This document shows, one piece after another, positions 37,798 through 47,832 of a stretch of DNA of 64,000 nt. Positions within the stretch are counted from its first letter, which is position 1, and each line of letters starts with the position of its first letter. This stretch comes from a virus. The notes under the pieces are model-generated. The model saw only the letters and a list, made by a program, of their open reading frames with translations. It was not told the origin of the DNA and did no database searches. The position numbers and the translations under genes are program-made. The stretch is from IMG/VR virus record IMGVR_UViG_3300025131_000006; one strand, 5' to 3'.

Positions 37798-38247
37798 CTA
37801 TGTCGTAGGGAGGGTGCCGTGGATAGCGACCTCTCGGAGTTCGGACAAGGAGAGACCTTCGAGGCGGCTTTCCAAGATCCACGAGTTGAGAGCCGCCTCT
37901 TTGGTGAACTTGTAGGTTCTGCCGTCTTCGACGCGGACCGCACTCACGGGGTACTTGCGGCGACGGGGGGCGAATCCGGTGAGTCGGTAGGTGATGCCGC
38001 GAGAGGTGAACGTTCTCCCGTAGTCGCTTTCTTCGTATCCGTATCGGGCACAGTTCTTTTTCCAATCGGCGGGGATGCCGTCTTCGGAGATCGTTGCGAG
38101 TTCGAAGGTGAACTTCATCGTTCCTTGGGGGCTGTATGTGCACTTGGTCGTTTCGAACTTGAAGTTATTGTCTTCGGCGAAGTCGGCGAGGAGTGCTTGG
38201 AGTTTGTTTTGAATTTGTCGAACTTTGGCGGAAGAGAGAGTAGACAT
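37798..38247 (-). CDS. hypothetical protein
   Basis: MSTLSSAK..; AGGAG SD; 149 aa. Confidence 0.65.
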   Translation of the reverse strand: MSTLSSAKVRQIQNKLQALLADFAEDNNFKFETTKCTYSPQGTMKFTFELATISEDGIPADWKKNCARYGYEESDYGRTFTSRGITYRLTGFAPRRRKYPVSAVRVEDGRTYKFTKEAALNSWILESRLEGLSLSELREVAIHGTLPTT

Positions 38248-38285
38248 GTGTTTTTCTCCTAGAGAAGGTGTGCGGAAAGTGGGGG

Positions 38286-38630
38286 TTATCGGACTTGTTT
38301 GGCAGCGACTGCCGAGAGGGCCATCAGATGCTTGCAGAACATGCTGTTTGCGTTGTGGTCCGGGCAGGAGCAGTGATGCCACCCGTTCGACCCAATGATG
38401 ACGTGGTGAATGTTGGAGGCATCGACCCGAAGGTGGGCGGCGAGGCCAACTTGCGATTCGTGTCGTTTGATCCAGAAGGAGACAGAGTTGTCGCCTTTGT
38501 CGCGGGCTTGGCGAATGATGTCGCGGGCTTTTTGAATCCGGCGATTCATCGCCTCGCCGACTTCGCCGGTCAGTTGTTTGAAGTTTTGAACCATATGTAC
38601 GAGGGATTGGGCGTGTTCTCGAAGGGTCAT
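38286..38630 (-). CDS. SWIM zinc-finger protein
   Basis: CSCPD..FCKH motif. Confidence 0.8.
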   Translation of the reverse strand: MTLREHAQSLVHMVQNFKQLTGEVGEAMNRRIQKARDIIRQARDKGDNSVSFWIKRHESQVGLAAHLRVDASNIHHVIIGSNGWHHCSCPDHNANSMFCKHLMALSAVAAKQVR

Positions 38631-38666
38631 TCTTTTTTTTCTCCCGTTGTTTTTTTCGATTCGCCC

Positions 38667-38703
38667 TGTAATGTCTTTCTCCTCGTTCTATTTTGAGGTG
38701 CAC
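38667..38703 (-). promoter_or_regulatory. conserved 37-bp promoter-like box (copy 3 of 4)
   Basis: GTGCACCTCAAAATAGAACGAGGAGAAAGACATTACA on the minus strand; also near 34898, 36803, 54466. Confidence 0.7.
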
Positions 38704-38717
38704 TTTTCTTGGAAAGA

Positions 38718-38732
38718 GTTCAGTGACTAAAC
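38718..38732. repeat. 15-bp palindrome site 13
   Basis: GTTCAGTGACTAAAC, beside promoter-like box. Confidence 0.9.
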
Positions 38733-38874
38733 TTCATTGCTTCTTATAGACATTGTTTTGTTTTGTGGCCCCGTGGTATAACAGCAAGGGTCGGCTCCTC
38801 TCCCCTTTTTTGGAATGAAACGCAAGGGAGTCGTTCTCTTCTTGGGGTCCACTTTTTATCGATGGGAGTTATCC

Positions 38875-39666
38875 ATGCGAACGGTGCTGTACAGTCGGTC
38901 ATATCGAGGCAGAGTCATTAATATTAAGGGAAAGCACGTTCTGGTTCCGGAGTCCGGCTTTTATGATCCCGCAGTGGATGGCTTGCACCTGTCGGACTTC
39001 TCTCGTGTGGAGGGCTTCACAACGACGGAAGTGGAGGATGAACCGGCAGAGTTGTTGGGGTCGGATATTCCAGAGGTTGCTCTTGTGGAGGAGCCCGCCT
39101 TGGAGTCGATCGGTGAAGTGTCTGTCGTGTCACAGGGTATTGCTGTTGAAGTGCCGAAGGATGAAGGGGAGGTAACAGAGGAGGTGCCTCCAGGGAAGCC
39201 AAGCGGAGACCCCACAGAGGAGGTGCCTGTTACCGAGGAGCCTGAGAGCAGTACAATAGTGGTGGATGGGAACTTGGAGGTTGTGGATGGGAACTTGGAG
39301 GTTGTGGAGGACAAAGAGGAGCCCTCCGAGGAACCCAAGGCAGCGGAGTCCAGTTTTTCAACAGAGCCTTTGGCAGCAACAGTTGTTGTGGATGGACACT
39401 TGGAGGCCGTGGAAGAGAGTACTCCAGACACAGAGGCTGTAGACGCCGTTCTGGAGGGAGTGGTGGAGTTGGCGACCGAGGAGAAAGAGGCTCTTCAGGA
39501 GCAGCAGGATTTGAGCGTGGTGGAGTTGGATGCCGTGTCGGTGACATTCCCCGGATCGAAAAAGAAGTCCGCTGCTAAAAAGTCATCGCCTAAAAAGAAG
39601 TCCGGATCGAAGAAAAAGAGCACGGGCTCCAAAAAGAAAGGTGCGGGCAGGAAAAAGAGCAAGTGA
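38875..39666 (+). CDS. acidic protein with Lys-rich C-terminal tail
   Basis: E/V-rich body, 21-bp tandem repeat 39262-39303, KKKS-repeat tail. Confidence 0.65.
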   Translation: MRTVLYSRSYRGRVINIKGKHVLVPESGFYDPAVDGLHLSDFSRVEGFTTTEVEDEPAELLGSDIPEVALVEEPALESIGEVSVVSQGIAVEVPKDEGEVTEEVPPGKPSGDPTEEVPVTEEPESSTIVVDGNLEVVDGNLEVVEDKEEPSEEPKAAESSFSTEPLAATVVVDGHLEAVEESTPDTEAVDAVLEGVVELATEEKEALQEQQDLSVVELDAVSVTFPGSKKKSAAKKSSPKKKSGSKKKSTGSKKKGAGRKKSK

Positions 39667-39712
39667 TAAAAGGGGGGCACCAACAACACGGGCAGAAAGG
39701 TGAGAGCAGCAC

Positions 39713-40606
39713 ATGCGTTATGTAAAACAGAACGTCGGCTCCGAGGATACCGTGCAACTCTTCACATCTGCGGGTGTGGCGGTGCCAGGTGTCTTGTTCG
39801 GCGAAGTAATCGTCGAGATTCGCAAGGCAGGAGCGTCAGGGTGGTCTGCCAAGGCGATCACCGGGTCAAATTGGACAGACAGAGGTGCGGGCAATTACGC
39901 GCTCAAGTTTGAAAATGCGGATTTTGACACATTGGGTATCTTTCAATACAAGATACGTCCAAATGGTCCGTCGTTTCAGACCTATCAGGACAGCTTGTAT
40001 GTTGTCACGACGTTGCCGACGGTGCTGCCTGCTCCACCGACGATCAACTCACAGACGGACTCGTCTCCGGGCATTCTGCCGAATCCTGTGTACAAGAAGA
40101 CGGCGCCCAACACCTTAACCATCACCGGAACGGAGTTGTTGAATCCAACGGCGGTGACGGTGGGTGGGGTGGCTCTGAGTGTTACCGCAAACACAGACAC
40201 GTCGATTGCTGTGACGGTGATTGATGCAGTTCCACTTGGAACGGACGTCGAGGTGATTGTTGTAACGGCGGGTGGGACCGCTAAAGGGAAAGTCAATGTT
40301 GTCGTACACCCGGATGACATTCCAGGTGAGTTGTGCGAGATCCACGGCAAGGTCTTTAGCACGAAACTAGGGCAGCCATTGAGTGGGGTTGCGGTTTTCG
40401 CTATCTTGTTGGATATGCCTGTTATTGTTGATGGCGTGGCATGGACAGATGAGACGATTCCAGTATCGACGGATGCACAGGGGGTTTTCTCAGTGAAGCT
40501 CCCGCGACAAAAGCGAGTGGAGATTTTTATCCCCAGGACGCAATACCGGCGAGAGTTTGTTGTGCCTAATGTCGCGAAAGCAGACTTGTTTACAGAGATT
40601 CCGTAG
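39713..40606 (+). CDS. putative virion protein with Ig-like (IPT/TIG) domain
   Basis: TLTITGTEL..AVTVGG..TDTSIAVT..VVTAGG. Confidence 0.65.
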   Translation: MRYVKQNVGSEDTVQLFTSAGVAVPGVLFGEVIVEIRKAGASGWSAKAITGSNWTDRGAGNYALKFENADFDTLGIFQYKIRPNGPSFQTYQDSLYVVTTLPTVLPAPPTINSQTDSSPGILPNPVYKKTAPNTLTITGTELLNPTAVTVGGVALSVTANTDTSIAVTVIDAVPLGTDVEVIVVTAGGTAKGKVNVVVHPDDIPGELCEIHGKVFSTKLGQPLSGVAVFAILLDMPVIVDGVAWTDETIPVSTDAQGVFSVKLPRQKRVEIFIPRTQYRREFVVPNVAKADLFTEIP

Positions 40607-43600
40607 GTGGGAAAGAAGATGTCCGAGCCTGTTGAAACAGTTGAGTCTCCTGATTTGAGTCCTTCTCCGGAAGCCCTTGATCAGCATGCATTTATGGAGC
40701 AGTACCACAAAGAGGATGGTCCGGGGGAGGGAGGGGAACATCAGGTGCGCGATCTGATGCGGGATAACTCTTGGGTGCGAGCAGCACATCTTCCGGTGAA
40801 TCACAGCGAAGCAGGATGGAAGGCGGGTCGAAGAATGCCAGAGGGCATTGATCCGGAGCACGGGGAGATGTGGGATGGTTTTCGGACAGCCAACAAACTC
40901 TCCGCTTTCCATGGAGAGGAGCCGATCCATCCAGATGATTACAGGGAGATGTTTGAATCCGACAGGGAAGCACGGGATCAGCATCGTGAATCTGTTTCGG
41001 TCTCCGACGTTCTGGGGGGATTTGGCTTGGAGTTGGGGAGGAAGAGTAAGCTTGACTCCGAGCCCGTTCAAATGGTTTCGGAGGAGCTTGGTCGCCTCCA
41101 AGGGGCGGGGATGTCCTTGTCGTCTCCGGGTTATCGTGGGGCTATAAAGTTAGAGATGCAGTCACCAGACGACGATCCTGAGTATTGGGCGTATGGCCTG
41201 TTGAGAGGTGAGTACTTACCAAAGAAACACGCAATCCGCGTTGACCGCAGCGGTGAGTCTTTCGCACATGAGTGGTTTCACGCGGTAGATGGCGACTTGG
41301 GTTTGCCGAAAAGTTGGTGGCGCCGGGCAGCGCAAAAAGTAAAGACGGCTTTTGATTTTACCAAATTTGCGGCATCTAATGGTCAAGGAGATAGGCCAGA
41401 GTCGAGACACTTAGAGAGCTTTGTGAAGTTCCTTTCGACGATACCAACTGTGCAAGAGAGATGGGATCGGTCTTATTCGACGGAGTCAAGACCTGGGATG
41501 TTGGATTGGTTGCAAGGGGATATGCCGGAAGATCCTGGAAAGGACTTGGCCGAGTATATGTTGTCTCCGCACGAGGTGTGGGCACGATTCGGGGCACAGT
41601 TGGTCTCATACAGGTCGGCTGTTGCAGTTGCTCAAGGTAGATTGGCTCACCCGACCTTGTTGGCAAACCCATACAGTGAGTTGTTGAAAGATCCAGGTCA
41701 TTGGACACATGAGGAGTTCTCTCGCATCGTGAAAGTATGGGAGAGATCTCCTCTCTCGAAGATGTTGGAGTCGGGGATAAGAAAGGCTCTTGGGTTTGGG
41801 GTGTTCTTGAAGTCTGAGGGCGAGCAACTGTCGCTGCCGTTCTCTATACGGGCACACACTCCAGGTGGCAGTGCTCCGCCTGCTGTCTCGCCACCAACAC
41901 CTGTTGCGGATTCACCAGGAAGTTCAGTCACTGAACATTCAGGGACGGGCGGTGCAGCAGTTTCCAACAGCACGACCACCGATTCCTCTCCTGAAGTACC
42001 AACGGAAATAGTCCCGCCAGAACTGACCGGGGAGTGGGAACAGGCGGGAGGTGGCGTGCGGCATCGCGTAAAGGGCTATGTTCCCGTTATGTCGCATCCA
42101 AAATACGAAGAGATCGATCTTCATCCAGGGGCTTCTGCGAACGCGAGAGCCCATGCTTATCGGAATCGACGGGTATTGGAGGAGCCGAAAGTTGTTGATC
42201 ATATGCCAATCCATGAGTATGGACACAGCGGCCTACATCAGGAGCGGGGGTGGGACGATATACCGGGCCGATCCATACATGATCTGGAGGAGATTAACCG
42301 CCGGGGTGTGTCGATGCAGCACAGGTATCCATCGGTGGCATCGGTCGAGTTTGAGCCGGAAGAGATCTATTCGGCGATGGATGGTTTGCAAGCAGAATTC
42401 GAGCATCGATTCCAATCACAGCTTGGGGTGGTTAATAAGCACAAATACAAGGCACAAGTTCCCGACCACGGATTTTCGTTTGCCAATGAAGAGTCTGTGC
42501 GGAGTCCGGCACAGGTGGCAGCGGCGACATCTGCTTCGCTGTGGACAGGCGGGAAGGTCGAATATGTGCGCAATCCGGACCTTTGGGACTCAAACGAACT
42601 CGACAAGGAGAGCGTGGGAGGTCCTGGTGGGTGGGAGGGAGAGAGGACGGAAGAGAATTACAGGATGGCGCATCGGGTGATGACACAGTTGGCACAACGT
42701 CAGGGTGACGAGACAGTGTCAGTTGCTCGTGGGATGGCCATTCCAAGTCATCACGTGCCAGGGTTTTTGGACAAGATGGACTTGGGAGACATCTCAAGCT
42801 GGACCAAGGGAAGTAATTATCAGCCCACTATGACTTTTGTGAGTCATGCCTTGGATCATGGGTTTTGGGACGAAAGTCACCTTGAGTCTTTTGAGCACCA
42901 GCTTCGGGAAGGGCTGGAGCAGTCGGGGAACTTTGAGGAAGGAAGCGACGAGGTAGATCAATTACTCGAAGAATATTTCGAGCACCACGGCGGGCCATTG
43001 GGGAACAATGGTGATGCTGACATTTTTGTTGAATTGGACATGGACAGTGAGGTGCGTCACTTCCGAGAGAGTAATCTTGGGCATTACTCTTCTGGCATGG
43101 CAGCAGTCGTGTTGTTGGCCGATACAAATATTGGAACGACACTGAACCACATCTCAGCTTATCCGGGTGAGTGGGAGCATGTGCTCGGAGGAGAGGCCAC
43201 GGTGCGCGACGTGCGAAGGATTCCCTCTTGGGATTCAGGTGAGTGGGACGAGGAAGATTTTTGGGACCATGATGAAGATGATTATGCCGCTCGCGAAGAT
43301 CACCCAGCGTACGGAGACACAGGAGAGAAATTTACGGAATTCACGGGTGCCAATGACCATCTTGTAGGTGGTCTCGAAATTTACGTTATCAAAGTCGAAG
43401 TGGCGCCCAAGTCCGAAGTAAAGAAGGGTCTCTCTCAAAAGGAGAAGCCCAAGCCGAAGACGTTCCAAGATTGGGTGGATTGGAACTTGAATATAAATCT
43501 TCCTCGAAAAGGCAAGGAGGAGCCGAGCACGAACAAGGACGAGAGAAAAGAGCAGCCTGTTATCACCAAGGGACCGACTTGGTCGGGGCATAAGTTGCAA

Positions 43601-46042
43601 GGGCGTGCGAAGGTCGAGGGTATGGACATCTCGATCGAAAACGCTCGCGGCAGCGTTCGTTCCGGCGTGGACCCGGATGGGAACAAGTGGGAAACGAAGA
43701 TGCGCGATCCGTATGGGTATATCCGTCGGACACTTGGCGTGGACGGTGACCACTTGGATTGTTTTTTGGGACCGCTTGCTCGGCGCCAAGCCGCAGGAGA
43801 GGATGTCGAGATCCCAAAGGTGTGGGTTGTTCATTCAAGAGACATTGAGACGGGTAAATACGACGAAGACAAGGTGATGTTGGGGTACAAGGGGAAGAGC
43901 GAGGCTGTTTCTGCATTTCGGCATCACTATACTGACCCGGACCAGCACATAGGTCCGGTGTCCGAGTTCACGATGGAAGAGTTCAAGCATCGGATCTCCG
44001 ACACGATGGAGAACCCGCGAAGATTGGGTCGTGGACGCTGGGTTAGAAAGTCGGAAGATGAGTCGCGGGCTCCAAGCTCTCCCTTCTCTGCCAGTGATGC
44101 TTCGCAGAGGGCACCGTACCACGTCCAAGACGAGCCCTATAGAGCACCCCAGGCCCACGCACCGACCCAGGACGCAAACACGTCGTGGCAGCCCCATTGG
44201 GCTGCTGTGGCCCCCACCGCAGAAGCACCGACGGAAGACAACGTGCCCAAAGAGGAACTTGTCCCACAAGAAGAACCCCCTCACGCACCGTGGCGTCACA
44301 TCAGCTTGCCCCACGAGGAATTATGGGAGGAGACGGCATACGGGGAGACGAACCAAGCTGAAGCGCAGCTTGATACAGGTGATATACAAGACGAGACGTT
44401 TGCACCCGGACCTGAATTCCCAGGACAAGACGACAATCAGGCGTCCGACGACAACGAAGAGAGTGCTCCGGCAGACCCGAAGCCGACTCAAACGCCAGCG
44501 TCGAGGACTCGATTCGCTGCTCAAGAGGCTCGTGAGTCTCGTGCCAAAGCATTCAAAGAGCAGCACAAGGGCTACGAGATACCGAGCTTGACAGAACTTT
44601 TGCATCACAACGAAGAGTACGATCACGACATCCACGTGAGCCGTGGGTGGTTTGGCCAGACTTATGTGGACAACAAGTGGAGTCCAGAGGGAGGAAGTCA
44701 AGGTCAAGTACTCGTGAAGTACGGGATTATGTCAGAAGAGGAGCAAGCCATTGCCACGGAAGTGGGGGAGTTGGGGATTGGCCCGGTGGTTTTGGACTCC
44801 CACGCGGGTCTCGTAGACATCGATGCCAACAGTCCAGGTGTTCGGCAGCTAGAGAGCTACATCAGCCAAATGCGAGATCGTGGGATTGTCCGGGGCGACT
44901 CCGGGGCAGAGCACGAAGGGATGGGGTTGAACACAAACCATCCGTTTGCTGTGCCGGACAGCGGGCGCCATAACCGACGAGCCCACTTGGGAGATGCCCT
45001 TGACGAGCACAGGGGCGAGTATGACTTCGACATCGAGGAGCGTCGGAATGAGCTTTTCGAAGGCACGTTGGGGTCTTTGGGCATTGAAGCATACAATGAC
45101 GATGACCTGATGGCGGATTACGAGCCAAAGGATGTTTTGTATGAAGTGCAGGGGATGGAAGAGGATGACCCCGACGCTCCTTATAACTCAGACATCTATT
45201 GGGGAGAACCGGAGTTCGGTGCCTACTTGGCGGATGTGGTTCGCATGGTGGGTGGAGATGAGTATGCAGTCGAAGATGTGGAGCAGACGTACGAAGAGTT
45301 GATGGAGATGCAGCGCTTCGCGGACGGCGAAACGAACGGAGACCTGGACGATCACGTGTTGGAGGCGGGCTTGGAGATGGGCTTGTACCACACGACGTCG
45401 ATGCTTGAGCGAATCCGGAGCTTACTTAACATAAACAAGCTCCCTGTTGAGAACTTCCAAATGGGCGCTCGCATGGCGATGGAGTACTTGGAAGGGTACG
45501 AGCCGGTGGATGGTCTCTTCGGGGATCAGTACAGTTTCGACTCCGGCGACGTGGAGCCAGAGACAGCGGACGACGCGGACAAGTGGGTGCGGGCGAGCTT
45601 GGGCATCTTGGATATGATGTCCATTTTTCACGGAGAGGGCCTGACCCACGGAGATTTACACACGTATAACGTGATGTGGGACGGAGAGGTGGGGCGTTTG
45701 ATTGATTTCGGGATGGCGCAACGGTACGACCAAGACTCATTGGATTGGGGAGCCTACCAGAACTTGCTTGTGAACTTACAGAAGGGTCTGAAGACGATGA
45801 GCATGCGGGGAGCAGCGGAGGCGGGCTTGTCGGGAGACAGTCGGATTGCAATGGAAGCCGGGATGCACAATCTTAGACAAGAGGTCAATGAGCTTGCAGG
45901 CAAAGTCACGGATGCACTGACGGACGCTCCAAGAGGAAAGCAGCGGCTGACTATGTACTATGGCGACTTTGCCGAGATGGTTCGCGAGAAGACCTTGGAT
46001 GTCTCCCAAGCGTACCATGAGCTACGATCGAAGTATCTGTAA
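40607..46042 (+). CDS. large polyvalent protein: HExxH/LPD1-like + ADP-ribosyltransferase + pyrophosphatase + Ser/Thr kinase-like
   Basis: FAHEWFHAVD..EVWARF; VARG..ISSWT..GEWEHVL; ISIENARGSVRSG..YGYI..DGDHLD..DEDKVMLG; HGDLHTYNV..LIDFG. Confidence 0.8.
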   Translation: MGKKMSEPVETVESPDLSPSPEALDQHAFMEQYHKEDGPGEGGEHQVRDLMRDNSWVRAAHLPVNHSEAGWKAGRRMPEGIDPEHGEMWDGFRTANKLSAFHGEEPIHPDDYREMFESDREARDQHRESVSVSDVLGGFGLELGRKSKLDSEPVQMVSEELGRLQGAGMSLSSPGYRGAIKLEMQSPDDDPEYWAYGLLRGEYLPKKHAIRVDRSGESFAHEWFHAVDGDLGLPKSWWRRAAQKVKTAFDFTKFAASNGQGDRPESRHLESFVKFLSTIPTVQERWDRSYSTESRPGMLDWLQGDMPEDPGKDLAEYMLSPHEVWARFGAQLVSYRSAVAVAQGRLAHPTLLANPYSELLKDPGHWTHEEFSRIVKVWERSPLSKMLESGIRKALGFGVFLKSEGEQLSLPFSIRAHTPGGSAPPAVSPPTPVADSPGSSVTEHSGTGGAAVSNSTTTDSSPEVPTEIVPPELTGEWEQAGGGVRHRVKGYVPVMSHPKYEEIDLHPGASANARAHAYRNRRVLEEPKVVDHMPIHEYGHSGLHQERGWDDIPGRSIHDLEEINRRGVSMQHRYPSVASVEFEPEEIYSAMDGLQAEFEHRFQSQLGVVNKHKYKAQVPDHGFSFANEESVRSPAQVAAATSASLWTGGKVEYVRNPDLWDSNELDKESVGGPGGWEGERTEENYRMAHRVMTQLAQRQGDETVSVARGMAIPSHHVPGFLDKMDLGDISSWTKGSNYQPTMTFVSHALDHGFWDESHLESFEHQLREGLEQSGNFEEGSDEVDQLLEEYFEHHGGPLGNNGDADIFVELDMDSEVRHFRESNLGHYSSGMAAVVLLADTNIGTTLNHISAYPGEWEHVLGGEATVRDVRRIPSWDSGEWDEEDFWDHDEDDYAAREDHPAYGDTGEKFTEFTGANDHLVGGLEIYVIKVEVAPKSEVKKGLSQKEKPKPKTFQDWVDWNLNINLPRKGKEEPSTNKDERKEQPVITKGPTWSGHKLQGRAKVEGMDISIENARGSVRSGVDPDGNKWETKMRDPYGYIRRTLGVDGDHLDCFLGPLARRQAAGEDVEIPKVWVVHSRDIETGKYDEDKVMLGYKGKSEAVSAFRHHYTDPDQHIGPVSEFTMEEFKHRISDTMENPRRLGRGRWVRKSEDESRAPSSPFSASDASQRAPYHVQDEPYRAPQAHAPTQDANTSWQPHWAAVAPTAEAPTEDNVPKEELVPQEEPPHAPWRHISLPHEELWEETAYGETNQAEAQLDTGDIQDETFAPGPEFPGQDDNQASDDNEESAPADPKPTQTPASRTRFAAQEARESRAKAFKEQHKGYEIPSLTELLHHNEEYDHDIHVSRGWFGQTYVDNKWSPEGGSQGQVLVKYGIMSEEEQAIATEVGELGIGPVVLDSHAGLVDIDANSPGVRQLESYISQMRDRGIVRGDSGAEHEGMGLNTNHPFAVPDSGRHNRRAHLGDALDEHRGEYDFDIEERRNELFEGTLGSLGIEAYNDDDLMADYEPKDVLYEVQGMEEDDPDAPYNSDIYWGEPEFGAYLADVVRMVGGDEYAVEDVEQTYEELMEMQRFADGETNGDLDDHVLEAGLEMGLYHTTSMLERIRSLLNINKLPVENFQMGARMAMEYLEGYEPVDGLFGDQYSFDSGDVEPETADDADKWVRASLGILDMMSIFHGEGLTHGDLHTYNVMWDGEVGRLIDFGMAQRYDQDSLDWGAYQNLLVNLQKGLKTMSMRGAAEAGLSGDSRIAMEAGMHNLRQEVNELAGKVTDALTDAPRGKQRLTMYYGDFAEMVREKTLDVSQAYHELRSKYL
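41922..41936. repeat. 15-bp palindrome site 14
   Basis: GTTCAGTCACTGAAC, in CDS linker (SSVTEH). Confidence 0.9.
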
Positions 46043-46059
46043 CCAAACCAGGAGCAAGA

Positions 46060-46278
46060 ATGAATCCCAAGCGAGAACGAAGCCCCCAGGCCATCGCAGC
46101 CCAGATCTTGGGAGAGCGAAAGATGTTGGTGCGCGAGCTTCGCGGCACAGATAAGAGCGAACACCCTGAGCGATTTCAAGACCTGACCGACAAAATTAGT
46201 GCTTTGACGAAGAAACTGTCTGAGCTTCCGGAGAAGCCGACGTCGCGGACGATTCAGGCCGCTCTGATGTCGAACTGA
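46060..46278 (+). CDS. small helical protein
   Basis: AGGAG SD; 72 aa. Confidence 0.6.
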   Translation: MNPKRERSPQAIAAQILGERKMLVRELRGTDKSEHPERFQDLTDKISALTKKLSELPEKPTSRTIQAALMSN

Positions 46279-46284
46279 GGTGCA

Positions 46285-47523
46285 GTGATGAGTCCAAAAG
46301 ACGGTGGTTTTGGGGTATTGCGTAAGAGCGAGGAGCACGACAGCTTCCAGTCGAGCAGTTATGCCGTACCAAGGGAGCAGATGACGTGGCGTCCTCCCAC
46401 GCCGAATATTCCGGGCCGCCCTGTTTCGCCTCCAAGTGGGCAGCCCCAGGAACAGGCCCCGATCACTCCGCCCCCGGTGCAGCCCGGCACAGAGACTCCG
46501 ACTCCAGAAGACGCTGCGTCGATGCCGAGCTTTCACGATCGTGATCATGGATGGATGTCGCATCTGTTGCCATCCCAGGAGCATGCGAACAATATGCCGG
46601 GGCATACGAAGATGGACAGCGACCAACTTTACATGCACCACAGCTTCGCAAGGCCATTCACCGATCTGTCCCAGTTTGATGGTGTGGACTCCAGAGTTGA
46701 GCACCGAACTGTACAGATGGGTGACAGGGAGTTCCACCAAGCCAAGGGAGACTTGTCGCACGAGGCGGTCCACATGGGGAGCTTTGAGAGGCGTTTGGAG
46801 CGGGGCCTTGACGGTGGTTTGGAGTTGCACAACGAGCACATGTTGGTGAACCCAGAGTTCCGGGGCAAAGGGTATTCTTCCCAGTTTTATGCACGCCAAG
46901 AAGACTACCTCCGGCAATTGACACAGCACTTGCCGGAGCAAGAGAAAGCAAAGACGCGGGTCACAATGTTGGCGGATGTGGTGATCGGTCGATACCAATG
47001 GATGACGCAGGGGTATCGATTCTCCGATCATGCGACTCGTTCAGACGTCGTGCGCAGTTGGCATTCTCAATTGGAAGACCTGTTGGCGGGTCACGCGGGC
47101 ATCGTGGGTCCGGAGGCGGGCAAGAAGAAAAAAGATGTGACGTGGGGCGACTTGCAGTCGATGGAGCCGAGGTCGTTGGATGACTTGGGGCTCCGCGAGT
47201 CTGCGGAGGAGTTGCGGGATAAACTGTGGGACGCACAATATGACGAGAACATCGAGCCGTGGGACTTGTTGGCGATGGATCCTGGACACCGTTTTTTGAT
47301 GAGGGCTTATTCGCAGACGGACGAGCAGAACGTTGTGCCGGGCTCGCTGATCAAGTTCTTGGCGTTGTGTGGTCCGGATTGGTCTGCGGTCAAGTACGTT
47401 CATGGTCCCACCGAGAAAGACCAAGAGGGCATCGAGTTCGGCGACGAGCGGCGCCATCGAATGGCACAGCACGCCCATCGTTCGGGTCGCCCGTGGGGGT
47501 GGTTGCAGTCGCAAGACAAATAA
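46285..47523 (+). CDS. GNAT-like acetyltransferase with N-terminal GFG motif
   Basis: VNPEFRGKGYS (acetyl-CoA motif A)..IGRYQWMTQGY; N-terminal GGFGVLRKS. Confidence 0.7.
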   Translation: MMSPKDGGFGVLRKSEEHDSFQSSSYAVPREQMTWRPPTPNIPGRPVSPPSGQPQEQAPITPPPVQPGTETPTPEDAASMPSFHDRDHGWMSHLLPSQEHANNMPGHTKMDSDQLYMHHSFARPFTDLSQFDGVDSRVEHRTVQMGDREFHQAKGDLSHEAVHMGSFERRLERGLDGGLELHNEHMLVNPEFRGKGYSSQFYARQEDYLRQLTQHLPEQEKAKTRVTMLADVVIGRYQWMTQGYRFSDHATRSDVVRSWHSQLEDLLAGHAGIVGPEAGKKKKDVTWGDLQSMEPRSLDDLGLRESAEELRDKLWDAQYDENIEPWDLLAMDPGHRFLMRAYSQTDEQNVVPGSLIKFLALCGPDWSAVKYVHGPTEKDQEGIEFGDERRHRMAQHAHRSGRPWGWLQSQDK

Positions 47524-47538
47524 TCTCTGTCTATATAT

Positions 47539-47754
47539 ATGGGAACACCGCACCACGGGAGAGGGAAAATGGAAGATTGGGAACGGAGAGCACGGCAGAG
47601 GATTGAAGAGGGAACATACAACGACGGCTTCGGATGGTCCGACATCGGGGGCTTTACGGCGAGCGAGTTGCGGACTCTGCGCGAGCAACACGAGGAAGCC
47701 GAAAAATCCCTTAGAGATGCGGATGATCCGGGTGTTCTCGAAGAGAAAGATTAG
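47539..47754 (+). CDS. small protein, in frame with upstream GNAT gene
   Basis: NDGFGWSDIGG resembles NDGWFWEDLGG in the tail of paralog 24295. Confidence 0.55.
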   Translation: MGTPHHGRGKMEDWERRARQRIEEGTYNDGFGWSDIGGFTASELRTLREQHEEAEKSLRDADDPGVLEEKD

Positions 47755-47805
47755 ATCGCAGAACTTGCAATAACGGGCATGGGTGTATTATAAGATTGAC
47801 GTGGG

Positions 47806-47820
47806 GTTCAGTCACTAAAT
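47806..47820. repeat. 15-bp palindrome site 15
   Basis: GTTCAGTCACTAAAT, intergenic. Confidence 0.85.
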
Positions 47821-47832
47821 TCTCACCCCAAG

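Noticed and set aside
950-47795. GTGTATA/GTATAT as a late promoter (about 954, 11610, 24241, 26997, 30764, 47784)
   Set aside because: Short AT-rich motif with inconsistent spacing to starts; needs TSS data.
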